Assembly: GCA_965649765.1 (NCBI GenBank)
Contig: OZ287756.1
Location: forward strand, 21,452,001 to 21,516,000
Length of the DNA: 64,000 nucleotides
Direction of reading: 5' to 3'
Source of the DNA: Bispira polyomma
Taxonomy: Eukaryota
Shown: positions 50,751 through 64,000 of the stretch, piece by piece
How positions within the stretch are numbered: position 1 is the first letter of the stretch
Layout: every line of letters begins with the position of its first letter
Translations under genes and position numbers: made by a program
Notes under the pieces: generated by a model
Seen by the model: the letters and a program-made list of their open reading frames with translations, nothing else
The model's database searches: none
Told to the model about the DNA's origin: nothing

Positions 50751-53700
50751 ACTTAGTCGATACTACTACAAATAAGTACAAATTAGTTGTGTACTCAATT
50801 AAATAAAATGGTCACTTGAAGAATAAACATAAACAACATTCAAGTATTTGAATCATTAAAGAGCTACTAAAAAGTTTTTTATTTCTTTTTGTTTATTTAT
50901 TACAGTGACTTGCAATAATACAATTACATCAATTAACCATTTCAAACCCAAGAATAAAAATTTGTCAGAAACTAAAGCCAAATTACTAAAGTAAAATAAA
51001 AATTTTAAAAGGAAATTTGCTGTGCTAACAATTTTCTGTTGTGGGAAACAGAAGAAAAATAAAATAATATTTTGGTGCTTGCTGACATATATAGGTTCTG
51101 GGAGTAATTAATGACGTCAGCTGATAGTCGACAACCTAGGATAAATATGAATAAATTGAATTGCCCGGTCCTAAATTAGTTCTATGCCACTTTAAAGACA
51201 GAATGATCTCCACTGGTTGTTATGATACAGCTGTGTATTTAATACCAAATATATAAATAAAAATAAACAGCTCAATAAAAGTTAAACCAAGTTATTTACA
51301 ACAGACTTATTTTGATTTTATTGAAATTGAATGTTTAAAGGGAACAGTGTGATCCACAAAAACAACAATAAAGACTGTTTATCTTGAATGCCAACATGTC
51401 TGATTTTTAGGCCAAATCCCTGAAAATCAGTGGAGCAGTATAACATTGAAACTCTGGAGCACTGGAGATAAAGACAATGCTAAATCGGTTCACATGCATG
51501 AAAGCAATTAACTGCCATAAACTTTTTTGACACAGGCATCCCTTGGTGAGAGACTTTGGAAATATATGCATCTTAATGTAGATATTTTTGGTTTCAATTG
51601 TTTCCATTAGAATAAAGCCTACTGGGAGAGTTATAAATTACATTCTTAAAAAGTGCCTGTTTTTCCATTCCAATGTATTATTTATTTTATCTTGTTGTTT
51701 ATCAAGGGTTGTCTAAACTACAAAAGAAATAAGACCATATAAACATAAAAAAGAATGAAAAAAAATGTACCCATTTTACAAGGTTTATTGAATTTTCATG
51801 TAAACGAATCTGGCAAATTAAACCCTTTCTATTGTATTTATACAGAATGACAATGTTAAGACCATTCTATTATCTGATTTTATTAAGCTTTGTCCCTCCA
51901 ATTGTTTGGATAATCAAAGTGCCACTGTATTATGTAATATTTTTTGTTTCAACTGTTGACTGCGTTTACCAAAAGGATGGTTAAGTTATTGTGTGACTAA
52001 CATGTTCTATAGTAATTGTTATCAACATCAGACACTTACAAAAGTATTAACCTAAAACATTTGAATGTTTAGATTCATTACTTGATATAAATATCAAAAA
52101 TATTTGTCTCAATTTGGTTTTTATTTATCAATTCCAAAAGTTGGACTGGTGATCAGAAGGTTCTCAACTCCAAAATAGTGCCATAATGCTTACTGAGGCA
52201 TAAAATCCTTCATCAAGATGTAAACATGGCTTTGCTAACTGATGACAACCAATGCTATACATTTTAGGACTATTCTCTCTCTGAGAACCTATATAAGAGG
52301 ATATATAAGTTTGGTGTCATAGATCGAGTATTCTGTCCTTACTGATGCTTTGATTTACTAAGGGTAAGCACGTCATGGGACAGAGCGGCCTCCATAAGCA
52401 AAATGTTGTAAATCAAAATCGGCATATATAGAGATAGATTCTAGTAAAAATAAATACATTTTCTCATTCCTAAAATATGATAAATTAGCCGATTTTTCTG
52501 TTATTTTATTCCGATACGGTACATATAAATTAATATAAAATAAAAACTAAAACCAAACATATAGGTACAACACTGTCGGCCATTTTATGTCAGTCTAAAT
52601 TTACAACGTTTTGCTCATGGTAGCCGTTCTGTCGCTTTTCATGAGACCATCATCAAAATAACATCAAGGAATCTTGCTGAATAGGGACAGATTATTCGGT
52701 CTAGGTGTCATATAAATGCTACAAATAATAATATAGCCAGGTTCTTATTAAAATGGATAGACTGGTTTGGAGAAATATAACTAATAGGAAACAGATTTTC
52801 GCCTAATTCTAAAGGGAGTAAAGTTTGGGGTTTGGGCTAAGTGCACATGTCTTTTTTGGTTCAACAGATTGAAACAGCAATGGTCAAATCTGTTCTCAAT
52901 ATAGACATAAAATTTCTAAATATAATGGCCTATTTGGTGTTTGTTTAACACTGTAGTTTCATCACAAGTGTGTCTGTCTACTAATATATGCCTTGCCTTT
53001 CTTTTTATTTAAGATAGTTTAGTAGGAATTAAACTAAGAGAACATAGCTTTTGAGCCAAAATACTATATAACTGGATGTATATATTGTGATAAGTGGTGT
53101 CATAGCTTGAGACAGTAATGGGCAAAACTATTCTCGAGATGGACATTAAATTTGTAAAAGCAATATTTCATTTGGTATTTTATTTATAATTTCAGCTTCA
53201 TCATGAGTATGTCATTTTACTCATGCCTTGATCTTCTTTGAATAAGTGAAATAACTTAGCTTTGAATTTATTTCAGTGTAAGATTATATCTTCATTTCTG
53301 ACATTTTCACATAAGGATACGCTTAAGCTTTTGCTCCTCAAATTGTGAAGGCAATTAGTTTATGGAAATTGTTGTTAAAAGGGAAAATTTGACAGGTAAC
53401 GCCTGCACACAAAAACTTGCACCATTGTTTTCATGTTTCCAAGGCCATTTATATTAAATTACTATCTAAGTAATTGAAGGCAAGATGTGAAAAAATCTCT
53501 TACAGTTTATTATTGTAATAATACATTTCTTTGATAAAATCATCTATTTTATTACAAGGATGTTTCCACTTTGCTATCCTATCTTAGCCCTTTGTAATTT
53601 ATAACAGAGCTGTGGGGCTCAGTAATTGTCTACGAATACCACACTCTATCTACAATCGTAACCTTACAAAAAGACTTATATAAAGTTGCATAGAGTAATA

Positions 53701-55349
53701 TTAGCAAATGGACAGAGTAAAGAATATCAAATTTACCGTGTGTCATGTTTTCTAGATATTTAGTTTTGTAGATATTTTTATTTTAAGTTCCTTCGTTCTT
53801 AACATGCACACATAATATGAGATAATTTTAGTAATTAATAAAAAATTGCCAAGATTGTACAACCTAAAGATGTTAAAATAAAATATAAAATAAGTCATAT
53901 TCCAATTTAACAGAGAACTTTTGTTGGCAATTTTGTGTTGGCACATAGTGAAAGTGCTCAGTTGATTCCTCTAGAACATATACAAATAATTTTAAGAAAC
54001 ATGGAACCATGTTTTCCCTCAAACCTATTGATTTTACAGCCTAAAGAGGCTATTAACTGGCCAACGTGGGAGTCAAAATAAATAAAATTCAATGAGAATA
54101 AGCAGGGCTATATGCACACCCAGTAGGTATTTTTTTTTAAAGTTTAATGAGAGGGTTTGTTTGAAATTGTAGCCTCTTGCAAAACATCTAGTGTATCACT
54201 TAGATTACTTACTTTAATTAAAAACCCAGATTAAATATCTTCATATCAAAAACAAAGAATTTAGAAAGATTCATTTTACAACAAGACTTTGAGTGTCATT
54301 CTCATCATCATTAGAACTATCGGTTTACCATGGTATTTTCTCCTAACCAACTGATTTATTGTTGTAAATACTCTGGTTTCTTTAAAAAATTTATAATTAC
54401 ATGCTTCGAAACAATAACAGGTGCTTGTTATAATACAGCTATATGTAGATAATGTCAACTATATAAATAAAAAAAAAATAAGTAGGTTATATTCAACATT
54501 TAAGTTACATTCCATCTTTTAAGAGTAAACTTTTGTTGTCAAAAGTGTGTTTGCAAATTGCAAAAGTTTATTCCACTAGAACATATAACAATGAGTTTCT
54601 TGTTTTAAATTTAGTTATTTCTTTTTCAAAAGCAGCTTTATTCACCCTGTTTTCACATGATATAAAGCAAAAACAAATTTTAAAAAAACCCTGAAAGTTT
54701 ATTAGTTTGATCACCATGAAACAATATTTTCATTTCAAGAAATAGATTGAAACAATAAAACACTCAAAAATTTCTGCCATTCAGGAACTACTGGACAATT
54801 TTATTTTTCTACATTTATTATAGTGTGATGCCATAATACGATTACATTTATTAAATACACATTAATGACTCATATATGTCACTTTAAATGGAAAATAATA
54901 ACAGGTGGTTGTTACCGTACACCTATGTATTTACTTAATCTTACTTTACTGAAATGGAATGTTTAAAGGAAATAATGTGACACAGAAAACCCCAAAGGCT
55001 GTTTATCTAAAATTAACAAGTGTACTATGTTTTGCAGGCGAGTCCCTAAACAGTCTCTAACAGTAAAGATAAAAACAATGCTGAATTGGTTCAGTATCAT
55101 AAAGTGATAGTTTTTGGCACATGTATCATCACATAATAGGAGATGTGGGAAATATTTATACATCTAAATGCAGATGTGTTGTTTGTTTTGTTTTGTCTGG
55201 CCTAGGTTTTTTTAATTCATAAATTGTTCTTCAACATTTTCCATCAGTATAAGGCATATTGATAGGGTTGTAAATTGCATCCTTCATAAAATTCATGCTG
55301 TTTCATAAGGCAAAAAGTGTGACTTTCTAGGTAAATTACTGTATGTTCA

Positions 55350-56950
55350 TAAATGGTGTCTGGAAAGAGGAAGTATATGCCCTCCTTACTTTAACATTTA
55401 CAATCAAGCGTTGACAATTGTTCAGCTTGAGATGTTAAACATTATTCTCGTATTGCATGTCTGGGCGCCCAAATGGGCGCGTCAGCGTACTCTTTCACTG
55501 CGATAACTGGTCGTAGTTCTGGTTATGAACACTCAGAAAACTAGGGACACCTTTTTAGCCTTATGTCTAAGGACTATTTAGCTTCTTGCTGCCACTCGAG
55601 ACATAACTATATAAATTCAAAATATTCCAGGCAAACATAATATCATTGCATATGCTCTTTCCAGAATATATTTTGCTAAGCCAGCAAATGCTGAATTATT
55701 ACAAAACTTGTACAATCAGTATCGCTGGAACAAAGTCTCCATACAATATTTCAACCTGAAATTATCTATGCAATTTCAGACATAACCAGATCCACAAAAC
55801 CACTCATTCAATCTGTCTGCAACAGAATTTACACAGCTCTAAGACAACCTCGAAGACAACCACAGCATACAATAACTAATTCAAGACTTTCTTGGCTTTT
55901 CTGAATGTGGGAGGCCTACAACAAATTAATGTTGCTTCAGTTCTAGCTTTCCTGGAATTATTGGTACAAAATAACCTATCACCTTCAGTGTTTGGTAACT
56001 ATCTCTCCTCTTTTAAGTTCATGGCTTACAAATTACAGTGGGACATGGCTCCCTTCACTCATAATTGTTTTGCTTTGTTGACCAGGATTATAACCATTAA
56101 CCCTTTTCCGTCCTAAACCAAAAGGTTTATTTGATGTAACTCAGTTTACACAAATTTCACAGGCTTGTCAGATCTTACAGGATCCAGTATTATATAAAAG
56201 AATGTCCCTCTTCACATTTTTCAATTTTCTAAGGCTTCCAAACACAGCCTCTCATTCTGGAGCTTCTTTTGACCGTTCTGGGCATTTTCTTAGGAAGGGT
56301 ATAGTTTTTGTCCCACTAGGAGCTCATGTCATCTTAAAATGGGCAAAGAATTAGCAGAATAGAACTTGAACACACATTATACAAATTCTTTTGCCTCAAA
56401 ACCATCTTCTCTGCCCTGATAGGGCACTACTATAACTTATCTTTTCCAGGCCACTGGTCACACACTCACCACTGTTTGCAGCCAATGTATCTCAATTTCA
56501 ACCAATTGTCCAATCTCACATGAAGTTGGCTTTACAAAATTTGTTAGAACAGATAGGTATTCAATGTCAATCACACAGCTTTCATACTTTCAGAAGGTCA
56601 GGTGCTACATTCGCCTTCAAAAGAAACGTATCTTTGCAGAATTGTATCTCCAACAAACATCTCAGGCTGCTTCAATGGTACCTCTCACTTTTGCAACGGC
56701 TATCCCCTCTTCTTAGTTAGCCTTGGGGCTTAAAGTTTTATCATATATAATGTTAGCTTCTCTTATTTTATCTTTAAGCATCTTGAACTTCACCACTACT
56801 GGACTGTACATAGCAAGTCCCCACAGGGGATTGCTAGTTTAGTCCACACCACACATTATATCTAGCCTATAACTATAGCTAATACCTTAAAACCTTACCT
56901 AGTAAATGCTATGGCCTAATCCTTTCCTCTGTCCATCCACCTGGGGAGGG
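55350..56950 (+). mobile_element. YR retrotransposon copy 3, 5'-truncated (RNase H tail, YR, 3' region), heavily degraded
   Basis: GVWKEEVY, LEMLNII, HCDN, ALSRIY; YR HSFHTFRRSGATF; stop at 56714-56716. Confidence 0.88.
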
Positions 56951-57004
56951 AGGGGGGGGGGGCTTAATGCTTAAAAATTTATTTAAACATCACAAATTTT
57001 TACA

Positions 57005-60000
57005 GCCCCAAGCCAAACCTAGGAGGAGTGCGAGATGGCAGAGGCAAAGGTTAAAGGTACCACTGAGGCAGCTTGTGAAGTATTTTGTAAGTATGTCTAC
57101 ACAGCAGATGACCTCCACAGTCCGTGGGCCATAATGTTCTGGAGTGAGACGTTTTGGTTGAATACAAAAGTGGCTCCCGACCTTCTAAAGGCATGGAATC
57201 CGTGTGAGCTATGTTGAATGCCAATGTGTTGTAGAATTTTTTTTTTTGTAGAGCAGATCTTGCATGTGAATCAATAATTGTGTGATATGGTGGAATTTTT
57301 GATGCAAACAGTGGTGCCTTGTCCGAAATTTGTCTGGATGAAAGCAGTTTCTTGAGAGCTAAGACTGGGAAGATGTGAGAATTGTCCAATAATGGAATCT
57401 GAATTATATGAGTGTCAGTTCGATTTTGTAAATTTTTGGCCCATTTTAAGATCATATGAGCTCCTGGGTGACCAAAAATGACATTCTCTCCCAGGAAATG
57501 CCTGGTGTTGTCAAAGGCTGATTTTGAATGAGGTGCTATATTTGATAACCTCAAAAACCCAAAGAAGGTTACTAAAAAGATAGCCCTAAAGAGTAAAGGG
57601 TCATCCAGGATTTCACAAGCTCTAGATATGAGAATAAGCTGTTCTATGGTAAAAATGCCTTTGGGTTTCGGTCTGAAAGCCGAATTATGTGTAAGACTCC
57701 TAGTGAATAGTGAGACTGCATTGGGTGTAAAGGGAGTAAGATTCCAATTTAACTTAGATGCTACAAGTTTCAGAGCTGCTAGGTAGTTGTTAATTGCTCC
57801 TGGTGATAACTGGTTCTGCACCAGGTACTCCAAAAAAGCAATAACTGAGTGTACATTAATGGTAGCAATTCCTGTGAACTTAAGAAAAGCTAAGAATGTC
57901 TTAAATTGTGCATTGTATGCTGTAGTTGTCTTTGGTCTTAAAGCTAGGTCAATTCTGGCATTGGCTGAAGCCATCAGAGCTTGGCTGATGCATGTAGAGC
58001 CTAAAATTATATAGATACGTCCAAATTGAAGTATTCAATTGGTACTTGGTGCCATTTAAAATTACTGTCAATTTTATTTATAAGCTCTTGATCTGATGCC
58101 TTGTCTGAATACAATCTAGATAATGCATCTGCAACTACATTTTTCTTACCAGGTATATGTCTAATTTTAAGAGTAATGTCATAAGTAGCTGTTAGTAACC
58201 AGATGTTTCTTAAGCATAAGGCCAGGAAACAATCTCTGGTTTTTTGTGATTCGACAACCAGAACCACAGCCATATTGTCACAGTTGATCATTAGACTACT
58301 ATATCTCCACTTCTCAGCCCATACATGTAAAGCAATAATTATATTTAACATCTCCAGATGTACGATTGTCAATTTTCCGTCAAAAATGTCGTGAAACGGA
58401 GTGGCATAAACCTCGATTCCAAACGCCCCCAAAGCCTGTGATTCAAGCGTCTAAGTGCAGCTCGTCTGCATATGGTATGGCATCATGGTTAATAAAGTTT
58501 ATACCGTTGTAATGTTCTTAGAACGTTTTAAACCATAGCAGGTCATTTTTTATTTCACTAGTTACTTTAAACCGTTTATTTGCATGTCCAGCTCGAAATT
58601 CAGCCAATAGTCTGTTGACAAAGGTTCGGGCTGGGGTAACACATTTATGAATATATAGGAGCTTGCCTAATAATGATTGGAATTTGTTCTTAGATATATA
58701 CTGTTTGTGTAGGACCTCAATGCAAACGTCATATACTTCTTTTAACTTGTCTGTTTGTATACTTATAATTCCTTTAGTAATATTAAAGTCGATTCCCAGA
58801 CAAGTAAGCTTGTGCATTGGTGGAGTTAATTTATCTTGGTTCATTGGGAGGCCTAGCTCCTGTAGCAAAGTATGGAGCTTGTCAAAGCCTTCCATAGCTC
58901 TATCCTTCTGAGTAACGCAGACGTAATCATCTATGTATCCAAATACCTTAAAGCCCTGTTTCCACATATGAGCAGTGATTGTGTCCGTACACCGCTGAAA
59001 AGCCGCGCTTCCATGAACCCACCCGAATGCAATTGCAGGGTCCACATAGTACTCATTTTTCCAAGAAATTCCTAGCTTTATTGCGTCCACACGGTCAACC
59101 CTGGCCACGTCAATTTTGAACAAGGTGGCGTTTTCTGTATCCCGTATGGCTTGTGTGATGTCATCAATTGTCGGAAATTTTAATAGAAAAGACATGCCAT
59201 CGAATTCGTCCCTGTCGACGTTGTCATTAAGCGAGTTGCCATATGGATGGGACATGTTACAAAATTATTGCGTTTATTAATATCTTTGGGTCTAGTGAGA
59301 AGTGGCGAGCAATTGTAGTCTGAAGTTTTTACTTCCTTAACTGGACCTAACATGGCCCCTAGATCAGTTTCTTTTCTAAGATATTCCCCAACCTCATAGG
59401 GATACTGTAGAGCTGAGTAATGATTCTTTACCTTAACATTTTCTAATTCAGTAGGAGTCCTTAAACATAGAGGGAAACCAAATGTGATATATTGGAGTAA
59501 TAGCTTGTCAGGATAATCCTGAAGCATGTGCTGCCAAGCTTGTGTGTTCAGTCCAGAACTTAATGGTATTCTAGCTGATCTATAGTTTGGAACTCCTGTT
59601 TGTTTTATAATTTGAGCAGTTGTAATCATGTCTTCTACTGTTTTTATATGTATTGGCTGTTTATCTGGTCCTTGAAATTCAAAGTCAGTATCTGATAGTG
59701 CAATGAACCCTACAGTCTTATCTTTGTCATTAATGTCAGTGACCACCCTGTTGGTTGGTTCACTAGCCTTAACCATATAAGTCATTTGGGAGAAGAATTC
59801 CGAACACGCAGGGTGAGCATATTTTTCATCACAATAACTTACTATGGTTTTAGTAGTGTCAGAGCTACTATGTCCATTCTGTACAGCCTCGCCTGTTGGC
59901 TTTACATTTACATCAGTATTGACTATATTTACATCTTCACAATGTTCAATTAACTTGTCAATTACATTTTCTACAAACTGAGTATATGTTTTACCATTTG

Positions 60001-61935
60001 AATGTAGATACTTCATATCTCTTTGGTAAAAATAAAAATTATTACTGGCTTGCTTCTGTTGCTTAGCTGAAATATATTCAATGCCATCCATATTTACAAT
60101 TGGTATCTTGTGGTTTTTACTAATCAATGTTTCAAAGACATTAATAATATACAACATACTGTTAGGTTTAAAGTCCAGGAGAGTGTAGCATTGCCATCCA
60201 GTGACCTTATCAGTATAAGTATAATAAAAACCTTTTGCCAAATAATGAGGTTCTTCCATGTGAATGATTGGAAAATTTTTGCCTATAGCCATATCAGGTA
60301 AAGACCAATTGGTCACACTAATTTTTACTCTGATGGCCTCCCCATCAGTGTGGTCATTCTGTATGTGGCCTGTATGACTTTTGTCAGTGAAATTTTTATA
60401 TATCCCACGGCAGTTGAGGCTACACTCCCCACAGTCCAACTTGACCTTCTCTTGCACCCTGGTAGGTGGAAACATTTGCTGCTGACTCTGGAGAGACTCA
60501 ACATCACCATAAGTGTTCTCTGAAATGTTCTCATATATCACATTTGATAACAAATTGTTATTACAATTTAACCTTTTTTCATTAGTTCTCACAAACAAGT
60601 TATTTTTAAAACTTTCTTTTTTATACAATTAATGTTGTTTTTACTTGAAAAAATGTCATTAACTCTTAAATCTACAGTATTGACCAATGTTCCTTTTTGC
60701 TTAACTGGTTGTCGAATGTCTCCCTAGCTGCTTTTTACATTTTGACTGACAGATTGCTTACTTGAGTTTGCCTTAAAACATTCAAATTCAGGGTGACCAG
60801 ATTCTTTTCCTAAAACTTTGGCACAGTACCAGCATTGATGCTTATAATTTCCATGATCATTTTTGTCACTGCATTTACCATTGTTAAATAGCTTACATAT
60901 TGTTTTCTGTTCTGTGTCATTGGACGTACCCTGGTGATGGCTATTAACCATGGCTAACTGAGACACGCTCATTCGATTCAGCGCCCATTGCGTGTGATCT
61001 TGCCCCGTCAAGCGTCCCTCCTCAACTTCATGCATGTTTGACGCCCATGCCGTCCTCACCACGGGTCAAGGTAGCGACGAAGCGTCTTGAAGCGCGAATA
61101 CTATCTGGGTCATCATGTTCCTCATGGCTGTGTTGTCTGCAACAAGGAGTGCGTTCGAGATTTGTCCTGCCGCCCATTGTGGTAGCGACAGGTCATCATA
61201 GGCGGGCCGTTTACAAGAAGAAGTGGTGACATTCGTTGCTAAGCAGCCCTCGTTGGGCCAACGGTATCTTGGATCAACTGTGGCAACATCAGTCGAATTA
61301 AACCTGCCAGACTTAAGCCTCTAGTTCTGCTTACCTTGGGACAGTTCCCTCTGCGACTGACTCATAACTGACTCATAACTGGCTAAATGACGTGTAACTG
61401 CTGACTGCACGTCAGGCACGGAGCAAAGGGCCTCTAGGTTGGGCACAATACCATCTCGGTTGTATTCGTGGTGAGTGGGCCCCAGTAGTGGTTGTTGTGA
61501 GATTCCGGTTTCCAAAGGCGGAGTGTAACGTGGGAGAGGTAGGCTGTTGGCCGTGAAACTGCCCCGTCTGAAAGTTGTAGCACTGCTCATGAACTGATTA
61601 GAATTACTGGCCGAGTCGGTGACTGTAGCCCTTCTCGCTTCAACTTTCTCAAGCCTAGATTCTAATCTTTTCAGTATTTCTAACATCTCGTTAGGTGGAT
61701 TTACTGGTGGCTGTGAAATAATAGGTGGCTGTATCATTTGGGGATCTGCCTGGAACAGAGCAGCACTCGATGTCGAAGTTAATGGTTCATCAACCTCAGC
61801 GAGGTGGCTACGAAGAGCCCTAACAATATTATCAGTTACCTGTGAACCGTCTGTTCCACTTGTGGCTTTCAACACCTTGGTTTTACGGTTGGCTGCTTTC
61901 TTTGCCTGCAGAGGGGTTTTACTCATCTTACCCAT
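57005..61935 (-). mobile_element. YR retrotransposon copy 2 (gag 61935-60724, pol about 60723-58007, YR 58000-57019), inactivated
   Basis: Same gene order and motifs as copy 1; stops at 61321, 61066 and 57097, plus several frameshifts. Confidence 0.92.
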
Positions 61936-63088
61936 GGTTATAAACACACAAATCCAATAACACCTTCCTTATAATATGGTAAAAGATAAAATGTAATGTT
62001 TAAAATAATTCACTAACAACAAATCTTGTAAAAATCTCCATGTAAGTTAAAATAATTTTCACTTGTTCGAAATCAAATTCAATATGGCAGTATAATGCCA
62101 AGAAAAACCGGGAAATTTTAATTAATTCTGCAATGTGATTGGCCCTAGAATAGCTATGGTAAAATGAGGATAGCTATACCTAATTTTTAATTAAGGTGGT
62201 GTGTTATATTTAACGTGGACTGAGATAGCAGTCTCCTAAAGTAGACGTGCTTAGCACATTAGAAGTTTCAAAACCACCACCTCCCCTTTAACCACAACTA
62301 GTAGTGCACTTTCCATGAATGGGAGGATTTTTCTATAAAGTCTTCAGGGATATTTACATTACCAATTTTAACTGTTCATGCATTGTCACACTGGGCTGAC
62401 CGCTTACGCCGCCGGCCGTGTGGAGGGATTCTGTCTACTTATTCCCTTCCCTGGGCATAAAATTGGGGGACCATGGTGGAATAGGGGCCCTGAGAGGAAG
62501 GATTTACCTCTGCTAGGTGGTTGGTGTCCAAGGCCGGGGGTTTCAGCGGTGGTCAAGGTTTCACCATGCTGGAACATTAAAGGTTTCAACTCGGAATGTA
62601 AGGAATATTTGTGTAGCGAGTGTCACTTGAGGGCGCTTTATATTCATAAACTGATAATTGTCCACTTAAGATTGAAGTATTGAGTTGTAACATAGGGGCA
62701 ACCATTTACATATAGATCATTATGTGTTGTTTATGGCTAGTCCTTGCCAGTGAATATCAAAAGGGACAGCAACGTTGATTTAATGCTACATTCATGTGGC
62801 TTGTGCAGTCTGACAAATAGTAGCCTGGATAAGGCACAAATGATTCTGTTGGTCTTCATGCTGTAACAAAGGGTTCCTTTATAATTGGTCCCTTTACATA
62901 TGCCTTTTTACCTGTATCTTTTATTTGATTTTACATGTTTAAATTAGTGGATATTGCACTTCTGTTGTTGTATCACTTAATGACAGGGTGATTATTTATA
63001 ACATATTAACATACAGGCAAGGTGTATATGGGTAGACAGACACACTGGTGATAAAGCTATTATGATAAACAAAACATCAAATGAGCCA

Positions 63089-63297
63089 CAGTCCACCAGA
63101 GGTGAAGTTCAAGATACTTAAAGGTAAGTTGAGGTAAGTTTCAAGGTAAGGTAAAGGTAAGTTGTTGGAAGGTAATACAAGTTTAATTACAGACAGTAAC
63201 ATATTCCTTTTGAGGTTTTATTTTACAGGTTAATATTTATGTACAGGTTGATAATAATAGAAGTTAAAATTGAATATGATAACATTTCAAGCCCCAT
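63089..63297 (-). repeat. Non-coding YR-element terminal repeat (homologous to the post-YR region of copy 3)
   Basis: tggggcttgaaatgttatcatattcaattttaacttctattattatc and ctttaagtatcttgaacttcacc..ggactgt match 56724-56807. Confidence 0.7.
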
Positions 63298-64000
63298 ACA
63301 GGCTATATATAACAATAAACGGGTTTCAATCACCCAAAATAAAGCATGGTATAAACCAAATTGTCCTACATAACACTCTTACATATAGGCTCACTTAAAC
63401 TCTCCCTCACCTCAAATTGTTAAGGCAATTAGTGTATGGAAATTCTTTAAAGGGGAAATTGAACATATATAACCGTACCAGACAATAAAATAAATTGTGC
63501 TATTGTTTTTATGTTTTCCCAAGGTTTAGCCATATTGAATTACTATCTCAATCAATTAAGGCGTGCTGTGTAGGAACCTCTTGCAGATGATTGTAATAAT
63601 AGAGGGCCTTGAGAATATCTTCCTTTACTTTAATACTTTAAAAGGAATTTAAACCTTACCCTCATTTGGTTTCTTTTGAACCGAACTCAGAGTTATAGTA
63701 CAGGGTGTGTAATAGTACGAAGGGATTTCCAGACTTTTGCACATTTATTTTCTATAAAAAACTGACTCAGGATTCATATGTGAAAAAAAAATTAAAACCA
63801 TTATTTTAAATAGACACCCCAAGCCAAAAATCAAAATATTTAATGTTAAGTATAAATTGTCAGATGATAAGTTATTACATATTCACAAATTGTGAAATAT
63901 CCCACTATCAGAATGTTTTTAAGATCTGTAAATATGAAAAAAACGTACATAAGATTTTTCAAATTGCTGACGATACCATTGCAAATGGACAGACTTAAAA

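Noticed and set aside
45234-55300. 5' exons of the channel gene
   Set aside because: I found no segment with both a convincing translation and splice sites; they may be missed by eye or lie beyond the window.
57019-61935. Domesticated Gag-YR gene from copy 2 (exon 1 is open and most lesions fall in the predicted intron)
   Set aside because: The YR exon has a frameshift at a T11 run (57237-57247) and a TGG>TAG stop (57097-57099) before the catalytic Tyr.

Overview
AT-rich animal genomic DNA, probably a lophotrochozoan-type invertebrate; this is inferred from gene and repeat content. The window holds three diverged, decayed copies of a tyrosine-recombinase (YR) retrotransposon of the DIRS order, Ngaro-like (gag with C-terminal Cys/His fingers, RT-RNaseH, YR, no methyltransferase): copy 1 at about 0.1-5.3 kb (+), a partial copy 3 at about 55.3-56.95 kb (+) and copy 2 at about 57.0-61.9 kb (-). 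It also holds two convergent UNC93-like membrane-protein paralogues (one 5'-truncated, one frameshifted), seven exons of a Cys-loop (nAChR-like, non-alpha) channel gene on the minus strand (33.9-45.2 kb), several LINE fragments (Tx1/L1, L2/CR1, RTE-like), tRNA-derived SINEs and MITEs. The main observation is that the diverged YR elements share a hidden expression architecture. First, a phase-1 5' splice donor inside gag (CAAG|GTAAG) pairs with a 3' acceptor 6 nt after the RT/RH stop; splicing joins the Gag N-terminus in frame to the recombinase. Second, gag ends in a UAG with a conserved UAG-GG context, in frame with pol in copy 1, suggesting readthrough. Other notable items are a small TRIM-like LTR element with tRNA-like Pol III boxes in its LTRs and a minisatellite made of tandem copies of a splice acceptor. 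Coordinates were counted by hand; no searches or alignment software were run.
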